From sequence record OQ031495: DNA of 64,000 nt; one strand, written 5' to 3'. The position numbers were made by a program, and so were the translations under genes. This stretch comes from Escherichia phage MRostami-2023e. How positions within the stretch are numbered: the stretch's first letter is position 1; each line of letters starts with the position of its first letter. Of the stretch, positions 8,918 through 18,441 are shown in pieces. Under the pieces are notes generated by a model. It ran no database searches, was not told where the DNA came from, and saw only the letters and a program-made list of their open reading frames with translations.

Positions 8918-9448
8918 ATGAAAACTGTAATTGAAACAACCGAGTTGTTTGGCGATTTATGTATCGAAAAACGTGGTTATGCTTACGTTCTGACACAAGA
9001 AGATGATGCTGTTACTATTCTTCCTATGGAACTGGACAAGATTTTGAAACTCAATCCGCCCGGCCATGCATCTGTAATTAACATTGATGAAGACCTTCAA
9101 GTTCGTTTTTATCACGGTCTTTATAGTGGGGTTAATATCGAAACAGAAGATGAATGCCTTTCTATCAATAATTGGAAAACATTCGTCACTAAGGTGAAAG
9201 AATTCATAGAATCTGAAACTGCCAAAAAGGCCAAACTTCAATGGGCTAAATGCCGTAATGCTTTTATTACAAATCAGGACCGCCCTGACTATACAACAGT
9301 CCTAGGCGTTAATCCTTCTTATGAAGACGGTGATGTCGTAGTTATTCGCCAAATTGATGACCTTCGTCAACATATCATTACATTAGACAAAGATGAGGCA
9401 GTTGCTCTTAAAGCTTATCTCGATTCTATTATCCCAACTTTGAAATAA
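8918..9448 (+). CDS. Hypothetical protein
   Basis: 176-aa ORF (MKTVIETTELFGD...); start right after upstream stop. Confidence 0.5.
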   Translation: MKTVIETTELFGDLCIEKRGYAYVLTQEDDAVTILPMELDKILKLNPPGHASVINIDEDLQVRFYHGLYSGVNIETEDECLSINNWKTFVTKVKEFIESETAKKAKLQWAKCRNAFITNQDRPDYTTVLGVNPSYEDGDVVVIRQIDDLRQHIITLDKDEAVALKAYLDSIIPTLK

Positions 9449-9457
9449 GGAATTATT

Positions 9458-9931
9458 ATGATTATCAATGAAAACTCTTGGCACTTTAAACTTTATGCAG
9501 CGTTCAATAGTACATGGAATCGCCCGAAAACATTATGTGCTTATTTTTGGAAAACGTTAATCCCAGTATTGGCTGTTTCAATTATTGGATTTGCGATTTT
9601 AGCAGCAGTCACAATTATTGGCCAGGAAATTTTAACTAGATTCTTTGTTTTTAGCAGTCTATGGACATTAGTTCCGGCCTCAATTGGCGTAGGCATTTTA
9701 ATGGTAGCAGTCATGGCTTTTATTTCTGTAGGGTTGGTAATTGGCCCGTCTTGGTTGTTAGACAAATATAACGACAGAAAATATTATAAAGAAATTGAGT
9801 TCATTGCACAAAACCAAGAACGAATTAAAAATGGACTTGAACCTATTGAACGTAAGAAATCATTAATAGGTGAATACCTTAAAGCTCGTAAAGAAAAAGT
9901 CTGTCCTACTCTTGAATATAAGGCTAAATGA
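9458..9931 (+). CDS. Hypothetical membrane protein
   Basis: Two long hydrophobic segments; SD AAGGAA upstream. Confidence 0.5.
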   Translation: MIINENSWHFKLYAAFNSTWNRPKTLCAYFWKTLIPVLAVSIIGFAILAAVTIIGQEILTRFFVFSSLWTLVPASIGVGILMVAVMAFISVGLVIGPSWLLDKYNDRKYYKEIEFIAQNQERIKNGLEPIERKKSLIGEYLKARKEKVCPTLEYKAK

Positions 9932-10917
9932 TGAAAACAATTATGAAAGGCTACTTTGGTAGTCACCTTTATGGAACGTCCACTCCTGAATCTGACGTCG
10001 ATTTTAAAGAAATTTATGTCCCTCATGCTCGTGATATCTTGACCGGTAACGTTAAAGAACACATGAGCAAGAACACGAATAACACATCTTCTAAGAACAC
10101 AAAAGACGACGTGGACCATGAGTTGTATAGTCTCAAATATTTCTTTAAACTAGCTGCGGATGGTGAAACTGTCGCATTAGATATGCTTCACACTCCACCA
10201 AGCCTAGTAGTTAAATCTGATTTGCCTGATGTATGGAAGTATATTCAAGATAACAGGTCTCGTTTCTATACCACTAACATGAAATCTTATTTAGGGTATG
10301 TCCGTAAGCAAGCTTCTAAATACGGTGTCAAGGGTTCTCGACTGGCTATTCTTCGACAAGCCCTTAAACGTTCTAATGAATGGGGACAATACTTTGATAA
10401 TGGTGCAGTAATTCGTTTATCACATATGAAGAATGTTCTGCCTGTAGGTGAATTTGCTTCGTGGGTTGAAACCGAAAACGAGAAAACAGGTAAGCAAACA
10501 TTCTATAATCTGTTGGACCGTAAATTCCAAGACACGTTAACCAATAAAGAGTTCAATGCCATCCTGGTTAAACTGGAAGAGAACTACGGTGAACGTGCTC
10601 GTAAGGCAGAAGCTAACGAAGGTATTGACTGGAAAGCATTGAGTCATGCGTGTCGTGGTGGACTTCAATTATTGGAAATTTACAAAACCGGCGACCTGGT
10701 TTACCCACTTCAGGATGCTCCATTTATTCTCGATGTTAAGCTTGGTAAACATACGTTTAAAACTGTACAAGAATTCCTAGAAGATATCGTTGACCAAGTT
10801 GAACATGCATCGGAACAAGCCGCTAAGAACGGTATGCAACAAAAAGTAGATATGAGTTTCTGGGATGATTTCCTTGAGCAAGTCTATCTCGAAAATCATA
10901 ATTCTTACTATAAATAA
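9928..10917 (+). CDS. Pol-beta-superfamily nucleotidyltransferase-like protein
   Basis: GSHLYGTSTPESDVDF fits the GS-x9-13-DxD nucleotidyltransferase signature; 329 aa. Confidence 0.5.
   Translation: MMKTIMKGYFGSHLYGTSTPESDVDFKEIYVPHARDILTGNVKEHMSKNTNNTSSKNTKDDVDHELYSLKYFFKLAADGETVALDMLHTPPSLVVKSDLPDVWKYIQDNRSRFYTTNMKSYLGYVRKQASKYGVKGSRLAILRQALKRSNEWGQYFDNGAVIRLSHMKNVLPVGEFASWVETENEKTGKQTFYNLLDRKFQDTLTNKEFNAILVKLEENYGERARKAEANEGIDWKALSHACRGGLQLLEIYKTGDLVYPLQDAPFILDVKLGKHTFKTVQEFLEDIVDQVEHASEQAAKNGMQQKVDMSFWDDFLEQVYLENHNSYYK
10909..10916 (+). promoter_or_regulatory. Candidate late promoter (TATAAATA)
   Basis: Exact TATAAATA overlapping the upstream stop, about 33 nt before the 10949 start. 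Confidence 0.35.
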
Positions 10918-10948
10918 ATAGATAAATAACCATTAACTTGAGGTAAAT

Positions 10949-11227
10949 ATGAAAAAATTAGTAATTGGTTTATTCGCAGTAATGATGGCATTCTCTGTTG
11001 GTGCTACCACGGGTGCAGCCAGCGGTGCAGGAGCTGGTGGTAACCAGTCTTCTGGGCCTTCCAATGGTTCGGTAAATGCATCACATTCTCAAGGTATTGA
11101 GAACATTAAATCAAGCTATATTAATAGCACGGCCGGACAAGCAACTGAAGCATGGTCAAAGGGTCGAGTAGTTACTCACTCCGTATTCTGTGATATGCCT
11201 AATTATGTTGCTAAGTGCGATAAGTAA
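10949..11227 (+). CDS. Secreted Gly/Ser-rich hypothetical protein
   Basis: Signal peptide MKKLVIGLFAVMMAFSVGA; SD GAGG upstream. Confidence 0.5.
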   Translation: MKKLVIGLFAVMMAFSVGATTGAASGAGAGGNQSSGPSNGSVNASHSQGIENIKSSYINSTAGQATEAWSKGRVVTHSVFCDMPNYVAKCDK

Positions 11228-11232
11228 ATGTG

Positions 11233-11251
11233 GGGACCTTCGGGTCCCTTT
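11233..11251 (+). terminator. UUCG-tetraloop hairpin (terminator-like)
   Basis: GGGACC ttcg GGTCCC followed by TTTAGGGGG; weak U-tract. Confidence 0.35.
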
Positions 11252-11279
11252 AGGGGGTTAAAATATTTTTAAAAAGTAG

Positions 11280-11310
11280 TGTACATGCTTTTAGGATATG
11301 TTATTATAGA
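11280..11310 (+). promoter_or_regulatory. Early promoter
   Basis: TGTACA 11280-11285 then TATTATAGA -10 region. Confidence 0.45.
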
Positions 11311-11345
11311 CCTATCGAAACGAAATGAGTAAATTGGAGAATAAA

Positions 11346-12326
11346 ATGTTCAACGTTCAAATCAAAAAAGGTATCTATCGTAATAACGAAATCTCTGGTT
11401 CTTATGTTGCCACAAAGACCTGGTTCCCAGCAAAGCTTAATCCTGAATGTTCCCACTTAGGTGACGGTAAAATTTTCGTTATGATTGATGGTTCTGAACG
11501 TGGAGTATGGGTCTTCAAATCAGACATCGTAATGGAAGGAGTTGAGACATCACCAGTTGCAGTTGTTGAAAGCACTGAAGATATGAAAACTCGTATCAAC
11601 AAACGCTTTAAAGTAATGAACATGATGACGAATGGCATTATCGATGGCAAAATTCGTTCACTCATTATTTCAGGTGCAGCCGGTATTGGTAAGACGTATT
11701 CTCTGGATAAAGCACTTAATAATGCTAATGATAATGGTTTCATCAAATACAAAAGCATTAATGGTAAAATCTCTGGTATTGGCCTTTACGAACAACTTTG
11801 GCTCAACCGTGATGCAGACAGCGTTCTCTTAATCGATGACGTTGACGTATTCTCAGATATGGACATCTTGAATCTTCTTAAAGCAGCATTAGATACTGGA
11901 GATAAACGCAAAGTTTGTTGGAGCACTGCGTCATCTTATCTCGATGATAAGGGTATTGATAAAGAATTTGAGTTTGAAGGTACTATCGTTTTCATTACAA
12001 ACGTTGATATCGATAAAGAGTTAGAACGCGGTTCGAAACTTGCTCCACACCTTCAAGCTTTAGTATCTCGCTCAGTGTATCTCGACCTTGGAGTACACTC
12101 TAATGAAGAGATTATGGTTCGAGTTGAAGATGTAATATTATCTACTGACATGATGCAGAAACGTGGTCTGACTGATGCAGAAACGTATAAAGCATTGTCC
12201 TGGATGAAGGCTAATGTATCTCGTCTTCGCAATGTATCATTACGTACCGCTCTTTATGTAGCAGATTTTATTTCAACTGATAAAGATGGTTGGGAGGAAA
12301 TCTCTGAAGTAACTTTACTGAAATAA
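11346..12326 (+). CDS. P-loop NTPase (AAA-like) with distinct N-terminal domain
   Basis: Walker A ISGAAGIGKT and Walker B VLLIDDVD; SD GGAGA before ATG 11346. Confidence 0.55.
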   Translation: MFNVQIKKGIYRNNEISGSYVATKTWFPAKLNPECSHLGDGKIFVMIDGSERGVWVFKSDIVMEGVETSPVAVVESTEDMKTRINKRFKVMNMMTNGIIDGKIRSLIISGAAGIGKTYSLDKALNNANDNGFIKYKSINGKISGIGLYEQLWLNRDADSVLLIDDVDVFSDMDILNLLKAALDTGDKRKVCWSTASSYLDDKGIDKEFEFEGTIVFITNVDIDKELERGSKLAPHLQALVSRSVYLDLGVHSNEEIMVRVEDVILSTDMMQKRGLTDAETYKALSWMKANVSRLRNVSLRTALYVADFISTDKDGWEEISEVTLLK

Positions 12327-12464
12327 GCTTATAGGAAGTTCTGAGGTAACAAAAGCCATAAAGATGAATAATCATATGGCTTACCTCAAAGAAGGACACC
12401 AGGAACCTACTGAGGGCATAGAAATATTTAAAAATAATGATGTACAAATCAAAGAGGATATGTT

Positions 12465-12752
12465 ATGGATTTTATGCAAAAAATTAAAGCCGCAGTCGAA
12501 CTCTATGCTCATCGTATGGTTAGTTCTACAATGCAATATAGCGAGGAGGTTCGCCAGGACTCTTCCTTGAAAGGAAAAACTAAAGCCTTAATTACCTTAG
12601 ACCGTTTGCAAAAGAATGCCATAGAGATGCTCCAGTACGACAAGGGTGTATATAAGAAAGAACTGGAAGAGAAACTTAAATCTGAAAAATTACAAAAAAT
12701 CCCGAAGTCTGTTTGGTTCAGTGGAAAAAATACCGAAAAAAGTTTCTTTTAG
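12465..12752 (+). CDS. Hypothetical protein
   Basis: 95-aa ORF; overlaps alternative ORF 12364-12570. Confidence 0.35.
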   Translation: MDFMQKIKAAVELYAHRMVSSTMQYSEEVRQDSSLKGKTKALITLDRLQKNAIEMLQYDKGVYKKELEEKLKSEKLQKIPKSVWFSGKNTEKSFF

Positions 12753-12754
12753 TT

Positions 12755-12789
12755 GTTTACAAGGTCTATAGTTATGTTATTATAGACCT
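12755..12789 (+). promoter_or_regulatory. Early promoter / stem-loop cassette
   Basis: GTTTAC 12755-12760, 17-bp spacer, TATTAT 12778-12783; inverted repeat AGGTCTATA / TATAGACCT around the -10. Confidence 0.55.
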
Positions 12790-12810
12790 ATCAACTACTG
12801 GAGGTAAAAC

Positions 12811-13338
12811 ATGAACGCTAAAGATATTTTCAACCTGGTAAATTATAACGACGGTAAATTTAAATCTGAAGCACAAAGCAAGTTCTTTAATGACGTTGCT
12901 TATGGTAACGAGATTACCGTGGACGGAGGTCAGATTTTCAAATCTCGCTGGAATTGGATTGTTATCATCGATTCAGTTGGAATTGTGGAAGTCTACAAAA
13001 ACACTAACAAAAAACGTACATTATTCTGGTCTCGTGAAACTAACGAGCAGTACAAAAAGGATAAAGCATCTCGTTTATCCAAAGTAACCCAGGAAGATAT
13101 CGAGTTTATCAAGAAAGATATCGAGATGTACGAAAATTTAATCGCTGAAGACCAGGCCGTACTCGATAAGTTTGATGAAATTAAAGCTTCTCGTGAAATC
13201 CCTGACTTCATGAAAGAAACAGTAAACGAACGATACGCTCTCACTTCAGAACGTATTGCAAACTATACAAAACAGAAAGCAGAACGTATTAGTACTCTTC
13301 GGAAATTTGAAGAACGTTTAAAGACGGTTCACGCATAA
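12811..13338 (+). CDS. Hypothetical protein
   Basis: 175-aa ORF with SD GGAGG upstream. Confidence 0.5.
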   Translation: MNAKDIFNLVNYNDGKFKSEAQSKFFNDVAYGNEITVDGGQIFKSRWNWIVIIDSVGIVEVYKNTNKKRTLFWSRETNEQYKKDKASRLSKVTQEDIEFIKKDIEMYENLIAEDQAVLDKFDEIKASREIPDFMKETVNERYALTSERIANYTKQKAERISTLRKFEERLKTVHA

Positions 13339-13340
13339 AC

Positions 13341-13365
13341 GCTTTACCCAAGGACGGGTTATAAT
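13341..13365 (+). promoter_or_regulatory. Middle-type (MotA-box) promoter
   Basis: GCTTTA 13341-13346, 13-bp spacer, TATAAT 13360-13365. Confidence 0.5.
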
Positions 13366-13400
13366 GGTTCTGAGTTCCAATTCAATCTGAGGAAATAGTT

Positions 13401-14396
13401 ATGAGCATTACATCTGATGCGGTAAAACATGAAATTAACGGTTTATGTGCTTCACAGATTAAAGTGTGGTTTAAAGACCATAACGATCGCAGAGCACTTA
13501 ATTATGAACAAATTGCTATCCAAGTTCATCAATTACTGGTTAGTAAATTTGATTTTCATATGCCGTCTGAAATCTATACTAATCTGCCGCGAGCACTTAT
13601 TAAAGCGTGTAAAGGTTATGGAAAATCAATGGCTGATGGAATCTTCAGCGCGCTGAATAAACTTAACGTTCTGTCGATGATTAACTCTAACAACATCCTG
13701 CGTAATCTAGGACGTACTGATTTGTTCGGTCGTGAACAGTGTAAAATGCCTTTGAAATGGATTGTTGCTCATCTTAACGAGAACCAAACACGTTTTATGG
13801 CCGTAACAGCACGCTTACAAATGGGCCTAGATCGTCAGATGAACTTTAAAACTCATCCACGTTATTCAGGTTCAACTGACTTTTATAAATGTGAGCTTCA
13901 AAAGGTTGCAGGTAAAACTGTCTTAGTAGTTCGTGTAACGTTTGAAGGACGACGTCAAGGATATTTTGACATAATCGGCTCCGGGCTTAAACATTGCGGA
14001 TTTATCGACGAAGTTGATATCAAGCGAGACGGCACCGGATATCGTATTGGGTATGTTTGTACTCTTAAAGAAGAGATTTCAGGACCAGCACCAGGACTAA
14101 AAGACGTTAGATATAAAGACGAGCTCGTTGAAGAAATAAAAGAAGTTGAATATGATATCAACCAAGAAGATGCTCTTAAAGACCTTATTGATGAACTGAA
14201 CCAAGACGTTATTCCTGTTCAGAAATTTGAATCAAAACATGCTGAGCAAATCAAATACTTTGAAGCTTTGATTAACGAACTTAATGTAACTATTCAACAG
14301 ACTGACGATGAAATCTCACGATTAGCAGGCTTAAATGGTAAAAATAAAACAGAACGAGCTAATCTTATTCAGGTAGTAAAACTTCTTAAGGAATGA
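13401..14396 (+). CDS. Hypothetical protein with C-terminal coiled-coil-like tail
   Basis: 331-aa ORF, SD GAGG upstream. Confidence 0.55.
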   Translation: MSITSDAVKHEINGLCASQIKVWFKDHNDRRALNYEQIAIQVHQLLVSKFDFHMPSEIYTNLPRALIKACKGYGKSMADGIFSALNKLNVLSMINSNNILRNLGRTDLFGREQCKMPLKWIVAHLNENQTRFMAVTARLQMGLDRQMNFKTHPRYSGSTDFYKCELQKVAGKTVLVVRVTFEGRRQGYFDIIGSGLKHCGFIDEVDIKRDGTGYRIGYVCTLKEEISGPAPGLKDVRYKDELVEEIKEVEYDINQEDALKDLIDELNQDVIPVQKFESKHAEQIKYFEALINELNVTIQQTDDEISRLAGLNGKNKTERANLIQVVKLLKE

Positions 14397-14425
14397 TGTA
14401 CAACCAAGGATGGTTGGAGTATAAT
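14397..14425 (+). promoter_or_regulatory. Early promoter with embedded hairpin (repeat copy 1 of 4)
   Basis: TGTACA, hairpin CAACCA-agga-TGGTTG, then GAGTATAAT (-10 at 14420-14425). Confidence 0.55.
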
Positions 14426-14451
14426 AAATTTTTCAACATGAGGAATATAAA

Positions 14452-15387
14452 ATGGCTTTTATTACACGTAAAGAACTTATCAAAGAATTTACCTCGAACG
14501 CATATACTCCAGGACCTAATCCTATCCGTATGCCTGTAAAGACTCCTGAAGAGATTGAGGAAGTCTGTTCATATTATGGGATTACTTCTCGTAAGTTTAC
14601 TCAATTTGAATGCGTTACTAACACACCCGTTAAAGAGTTCATTAAAAATGGTGAGTTCAGCCGTTTATTAGCCAAACAGAAACTTCGTAATTTTTGTATT
14701 GGCGGTGAAGGACAATATTTCGCTAAGCAGTTCCGGAATAACCTTAACAATCTGATGGCCATTGCTTCTCGTATTCGTCCTCAAGCAATTAACATGAAAC
14801 ATTTGAAATATACTTACGATAAGTTGGAAATCATGGTTATCAGTGAGAATGAGTTCACTCTTACGTATAAACCTAAGAATGATAACGTTGCTCGTGTATT
14901 TCACCAAGCGTTGGAAGTTTTAGGTGATAATATCCACCAGATTAAAGCAATTTATTCACGTGAGCTTAATATTATCAACCCCATCAAGAATAAGGGTCAT
15001 ATTGCTATCCAGGCTCGTGTATCTATTGGTAAAAAGGTTCCTGCGCCATGGTGGCACAAAGACTCTGAATACTATCAAAATCTTAAAAAGGAAAATGCAT
15101 TGTTTGAAGCATCGCTTACTGGAACCCCAATTGAACAGGCCGAAGTCCTAAGTGCTTATTCTACTTCTNNNNNNNNNNNNNNNNNNNNNNNNNNNAAACT
15201 AAAAGTTTCTAATGACCTTCTTCCGGCCGAAGATTACCATTACAATCAAATCAAGGCCACTATGGACCAACTGTCTGTTGAACTTGACAAAGCACAAGCT
15301 AAGCTTCGTGATGCTCAAAGTGTTGTAACGAATCTCCAGTTGCAGTATTCTAAACTTTTTAACGCAATGAATGCATTAAAATCATAA
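14452..15387 (+). CDS. Hypothetical protein (contains a 27-nt masked run)
   Basis: 311-aa ORF with SD GAGGA upstream. Confidence 0.5.
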   Translation: MAFITRKELIKEFTSNAYTPGPNPIRMPVKTPEEIEEVCSYYGITSRKFTQFECVTNTPVKEFIKNGEFSRLLAKQKLRNFCIGGEGQYFAKQFRNNLNNLMAIASRIRPQAINMKHLKYTYDKLEIMVISENEFTLTYKPKNDNVARVFHQALEVLGDNIHQIKAIYSRELNIINPIKNKGHIAIQARVSIGKKVPAPWWHKDSEYYQNLKKENALFEASLTGTPIEQAEVLSAYSTSXXXXXXXXXKLKVSNDLLPAEDYHYNQIKATMDQLSVELDKAQAKLRDAQSVVTNLQLQYSKLFNAMNALKS

Positions 15388-15391
15388 AATA

Positions 15392-15421
15392 GTTTACAAC
15401 CAAGGATGGTTGGAGTATAAT
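15392..15421 (+). promoter_or_regulatory. Early promoter with embedded hairpin (repeat copy 2 of 4)
   Basis: GTTTAC 15392-15397, CAACCA-agga-TGGTTG, TATAAT 15416-15421. Confidence 0.55.
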
Positions 15422-15449
15422 GAATCTATCTTAACGAGAGGAAAATATT

Positions 15450-16400
15450 ATGACACGTTCACATTACATTGAATACTTTGCAGGTCTTATCGCTAACGTT
15501 CACGCCCAACGTGCTTCTGGTGCACTAGGATTTGATGTTCCACACCGAGATGTAGTAAGTGGTATTCTTCGCGATTTTGGTACATACATAGGCCAAGAAA
15601 ATCATATCTGTAAAGATACTCAAAATGCGTATTCTCATTCGTTAGGGACGTTGCTTCAATGGTTCAAACGTTCTCGTTTATTATCTTCTACTGTAGCTCG
15701 CGATAACATTAAAAACTTTATGAAACCGAGCTTTATTAAATCTGTGACATCTAAAACTGATTTGGTTGAATTCACTATTGTTAATGATGTTAAAAAGACT
15801 CATTTGGCTGATTGGTTATCTACCATTCCTGAAACTAAATTTGCTGATAAATTTGCTTGTGAATTCAATAACCAAGTGAATATGCTTTTTAAACATTCTC
15901 GTAAATTATTCACAGGCGGCGATGATCGTACAAATAAAGTTCATGTTAAAGATTGGGTTACTGCAGTATTCAAACCAACCGGTAATGGTAACGCATCATT
16001 ATCAATTGATATCCAGGTTCCTTATTACTACTCACGTAATCTCGGTACCATGAAAGCCGAAGAAATTAATAAGCGCAACAAAACCATTCGTTCGCTGTCT
16101 TATAAACTTCGCATGATGTTAAGAATCATGGACGTGGTAGAAATGTATGATGAAACCGAAGATAATGGTTCAATGTTATACAGTTCTCGCATTCAAATTA
16201 AGTTGAAGAACCCTAACGAGTATAAGCCTAAGCCTATTAAAGAACCTAAAGTAGAAAAAGTTGATAACTTAAGAGAAGAACGCGAATATCTCAAATCTCG
16301 TCTGAAAGAAGTCGAAGCCCAGATTGCAGAACAAACTAAATCGTTAAAAGCTCTGAATGCGAAAGCGGATGGTTTACGAAATGCCATTGAGGTGTTATAA
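15450..16400 (+). CDS. Hypothetical protein with C-terminal coiled-coil-like tail
   Basis: 316-aa ORF, SD GAGAGG upstream. Confidence 0.55.
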   Translation: MTRSHYIEYFAGLIANVHAQRASGALGFDVPHRDVVSGILRDFGTYIGQENHICKDTQNAYSHSLGTLLQWFKRSRLLSSTVARDNIKNFMKPSFIKSVTSKTDLVEFTIVNDVKKTHLADWLSTIPETKFADKFACEFNNQVNMLFKHSRKLFTGGDDRTNKVHVKDWVTAVFKPTGNGNASLSIDIQVPYYYSRNLGTMKAEEINKRNKTIRSLSYKLRMMLRIMDVVEMYDETEDNGSMLYSSRIQIKLKNPNEYKPKPIKEPKVEKVDNLREEREYLKSRLKEVEAQIAEQTKSLKALNAKADGLRNAIEVL

Positions 16401-16705
16401 TGAAACTACGTCTTTTAGAGGATATTGATATGAGCACTAATCATGGCTTGGTTAAGTTTATTGACGATAGTTCAAAGATCGAATTTGTTCAGCGAGATAA
16501 AATCCACGGTGAAGAAGAGTTCGTTCCTCCGGCATGGAACGAAATAATGAAAATGGTTGAACGACGTGAAAATGCTGCCAAATCGGCAGCAAAACATCCA
16601 TGTCCGGAATGTGGAACTATCCAAGTCCAACTGGTTAACTGGACCAGTGATAACTTGAAATTGAAATGCCGTAAATGCTTCCACAAATTTGAGAGAACAT
16701 TATAA
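16400..16705 (+). CDS. Zinc-ribbon hypothetical protein
   Basis: CPECG...CRKC cysteine pairs; start overlaps upstream stop. Confidence 0.5.
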   Translation: MKLRLLEDIDMSTNHGLVKFIDDSSKIEFVQRDKIHGEEEFVPPAWNEIMKMVERRENAAKSAAKHPCPECGTIQVQLVNWTSDNLKLKCRKCFHKFERTL

Positions 16706-17118
16706 TGAGATATAGCCTTCGTTGTTTTATCGCAGCTTTAGTTTTTGCTATTATTCCATTCATTTGGAACAGCCAGAATACTTACATGGAAACTAAAGTA
16801 ATTCCTGTGGAGGTAGTGGAATTAATTTCAGGTCAATCTACAGGAAAATATTCTAAATTAGAATTTATTGCAGTTTATAAAGATGAGCAAGGACGAGTTT
16901 TTGACAGGCGTGTATCTCCATCATTTTATACGCTTCTGAATAAAGGTGATACGATAGCTATAGAAATTCGTGAGATGGATATCAAACAAACTACTAAAGA
17001 TAACTTGATTTGGTTCTTTGGTACAGTGTTGTTGGTTTCTATCTGTATCACAGGTTTTATTACATGTATTGTATTTGGCATTGCATATTTAATCGATGAA
17101 AGGAAAAATAATGTTTAA
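16705..17118 (+). CDS. Hypothetical membrane protein
   Basis: Hydrophobic N- and C-terminal segments. Confidence 0.5.
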   Translation: MRYSLRCFIAALVFAIIPFIWNSQNTYMETKVIPVEVVELISGQSTGKYSKLEFIAVYKDEQGRVFDRRVSPSFYTLLNKGDTIAIEIREMDIKQTTKDNLIWFFGTVLLVSICITGFITCIVFGIAYLIDERKNNV

Positions 17119-17374
17119 AGTGTACGGGTATGACTCTACTATTCATAAATGCATTTATTGTGATAATGCGAAACGATTGCTGGCTGTTAAGAAACAGCCG
17201 TTCGAATTCATTAATGTTATGCCAGAAAAAGGTGTTTTTGATGATGAGAAAATTGCTGAGCTTCTGGTTAAGCTTGGACGTGAATCACAAGTCGGATTGA
17301 CTATGCCTCAAGTGTTTGCTCCTGATGGAACTTCGATCGGTGGCTTTGACCAACTACGAGAATATTTTAAATGA
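17111..17374 (+). CDS. nrdC: Thioredoxin/glutaredoxin NrdC
   Basis: MFKVYGYDSTIHKCIYCDNAKRLL...LTMPQVFAPDG...FDQLREYFK closely matches T4 NrdC; CIYC active site; SD AGGAAA. Confidence 0.9.
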   Translation: MFKVYGYDSTIHKCIYCDNAKRLLAVKKQPFEFINVMPEKGVFDDEKIAELLVKLGRESQVGLTMPQVFAPDGTSIGGFDQLREYFK

Positions 17375-17727
17375 CATATTCATTAAATCTTAAAGATTTC
17401 CAAGATGTATACGAAGTTTGTGCCAATGAACTTGGTCCTGATGCTCCAACTATTATTGAAGTTTTAAATGTGCTCCCTTCATCATTAGCTTACGAAGCCA
17501 AATCATGGGGTTGGAACGACACTGTCGTTCGTGATGACCTTTACGTCCTGATGAACGATATGATGGTTAAAAAGGCAGAACCGGTTGCACCAATGGTTAC
17601 CATTACCGTTGAAGAATATAATCGCCTGCAAGCCATTGAAGAGCTTCTGTGGAATATTGAATGTGACCTGCCGTCAGGGCTAGAATCCTGGATTGATTAT
17701 GAAGAGCTCAATAAACTCCGGGGTTAA
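17371..17727 (+). CDS. Hypothetical protein
   Basis: 118-aa acidic ORF, start overlaps nrdC stop. Confidence 0.5.
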   Translation: MTYSLNLKDFQDVYEVCANELGPDAPTIIEVLNVLPSSLAYEAKSWGWNDTVVRDDLYVLMNDMMVKKAEPVAPMVTITVEEYNRLQAIEELLWNIECDLPSGLESWIDYEELNKLRG

Positions 17728-17776
17728 ACCGTGGTATTCTGCTCGTTGGGAGACTGTCGAGCCAGACGTTGAAACA

Positions 17777-17806
17777 GTTTACAACGACGAAGAAACGTGT
17801 TATGAT
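17777..17806 (+). promoter_or_regulatory. Early promoter
   Basis: GTTTAC 17777-17782, 18-bp spacer, TATGAT 17801-17806. Confidence 0.45.
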
Positions 17807-17855
17807 GAACCTTCAATAAATGAATTAATTGATATGGAAATGGGAAGAGATTATT

Positions 17856-18026
17856 ATGCAAGTTAAATTATTGTACCGTTTATTAAAAAATGGCAAACAT
17901 GATTGGTATTTGCTTATTAAAACCGATCCGAATTTTTTCTCTGGACAACCATTTACAGTTCGTCCTACTAAACGTCAGCTTCGCAAAGCTAAACGTTCTC
18001 ATCGTAACTTTTATAGAGAATATTGA
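17856..18026 (+). CDS. Small basic hypothetical protein
   Basis: RPTKRQLRKAKRSHR tail, shared with ORF 46429-46641. Confidence 0.4.
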   Translation: MQVKLLYRLLKNGKHDWYLLIKTDPNFFSGQPFTVRPTKRQLRKAKRSHRNFYREY

Positions 18027-18027
18027 T

Positions 18028-18441
18028 ATGAATATTTCTGAAACTCGCGGTAAATGGTTCAAGATTGTTAAAGAAGATGAAGAACTACAAGTCAAGTTTC
18101 CTGAATTAAAGAAAGATACGATCATCAAGGTAATTGGTACTACTACCGAAGATGGTTATGGCGACCATGGCATTATCGAAGTGATGTTGAACACAGGTGA
18201 GAAACTTTGCATCTATGACCGTGATACTTCTCTTTGGTGCTTCTGGGAATCCCATTCAATAGATGAACTCGAAGAAATTGACCAAGTAGTTTGTGATGGT
18301 GGACTTGGCGAATTCGAAGGTGAACGTATTTCTTATGCTTTAGCTAAATTAGCCGGACAAGAAAATAACGACGGCTATGAAGGTAACCTGATGCAAGCAG
18401 CCGCAGAATACATTGAATATTTAGAAAGACGTTTAAGTTAA
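18028..18441 (+). CDS. Hypothetical acidic protein
   Basis: 137-aa ORF MNISETRGKWFKIVKED... Confidence 0.5.
   Translation: MNISETRGKWFKIVKEDEELQVKFPELKKDTIIKVIGTTTEDGYGDHGIIEVMLNTGEKLCIYDRDTSLWCFWESHSIDELEEIDQVVCDGGLGEFEGERISYALAKLAGQENNDGYEGNLMQAAAEYIEYLERRLS

Noticed and set aside
2471-13656. Nested same-strand ORFs in alternative frames (2471-2662, 11632-11832, 12364-12570, 12890-13087, 13429-13656)
   Set aside because: Embedded within longer, better-supported ORFs, with no SD and low-complexity hydrophobic translations typical of off-frame AT-rich sequence.
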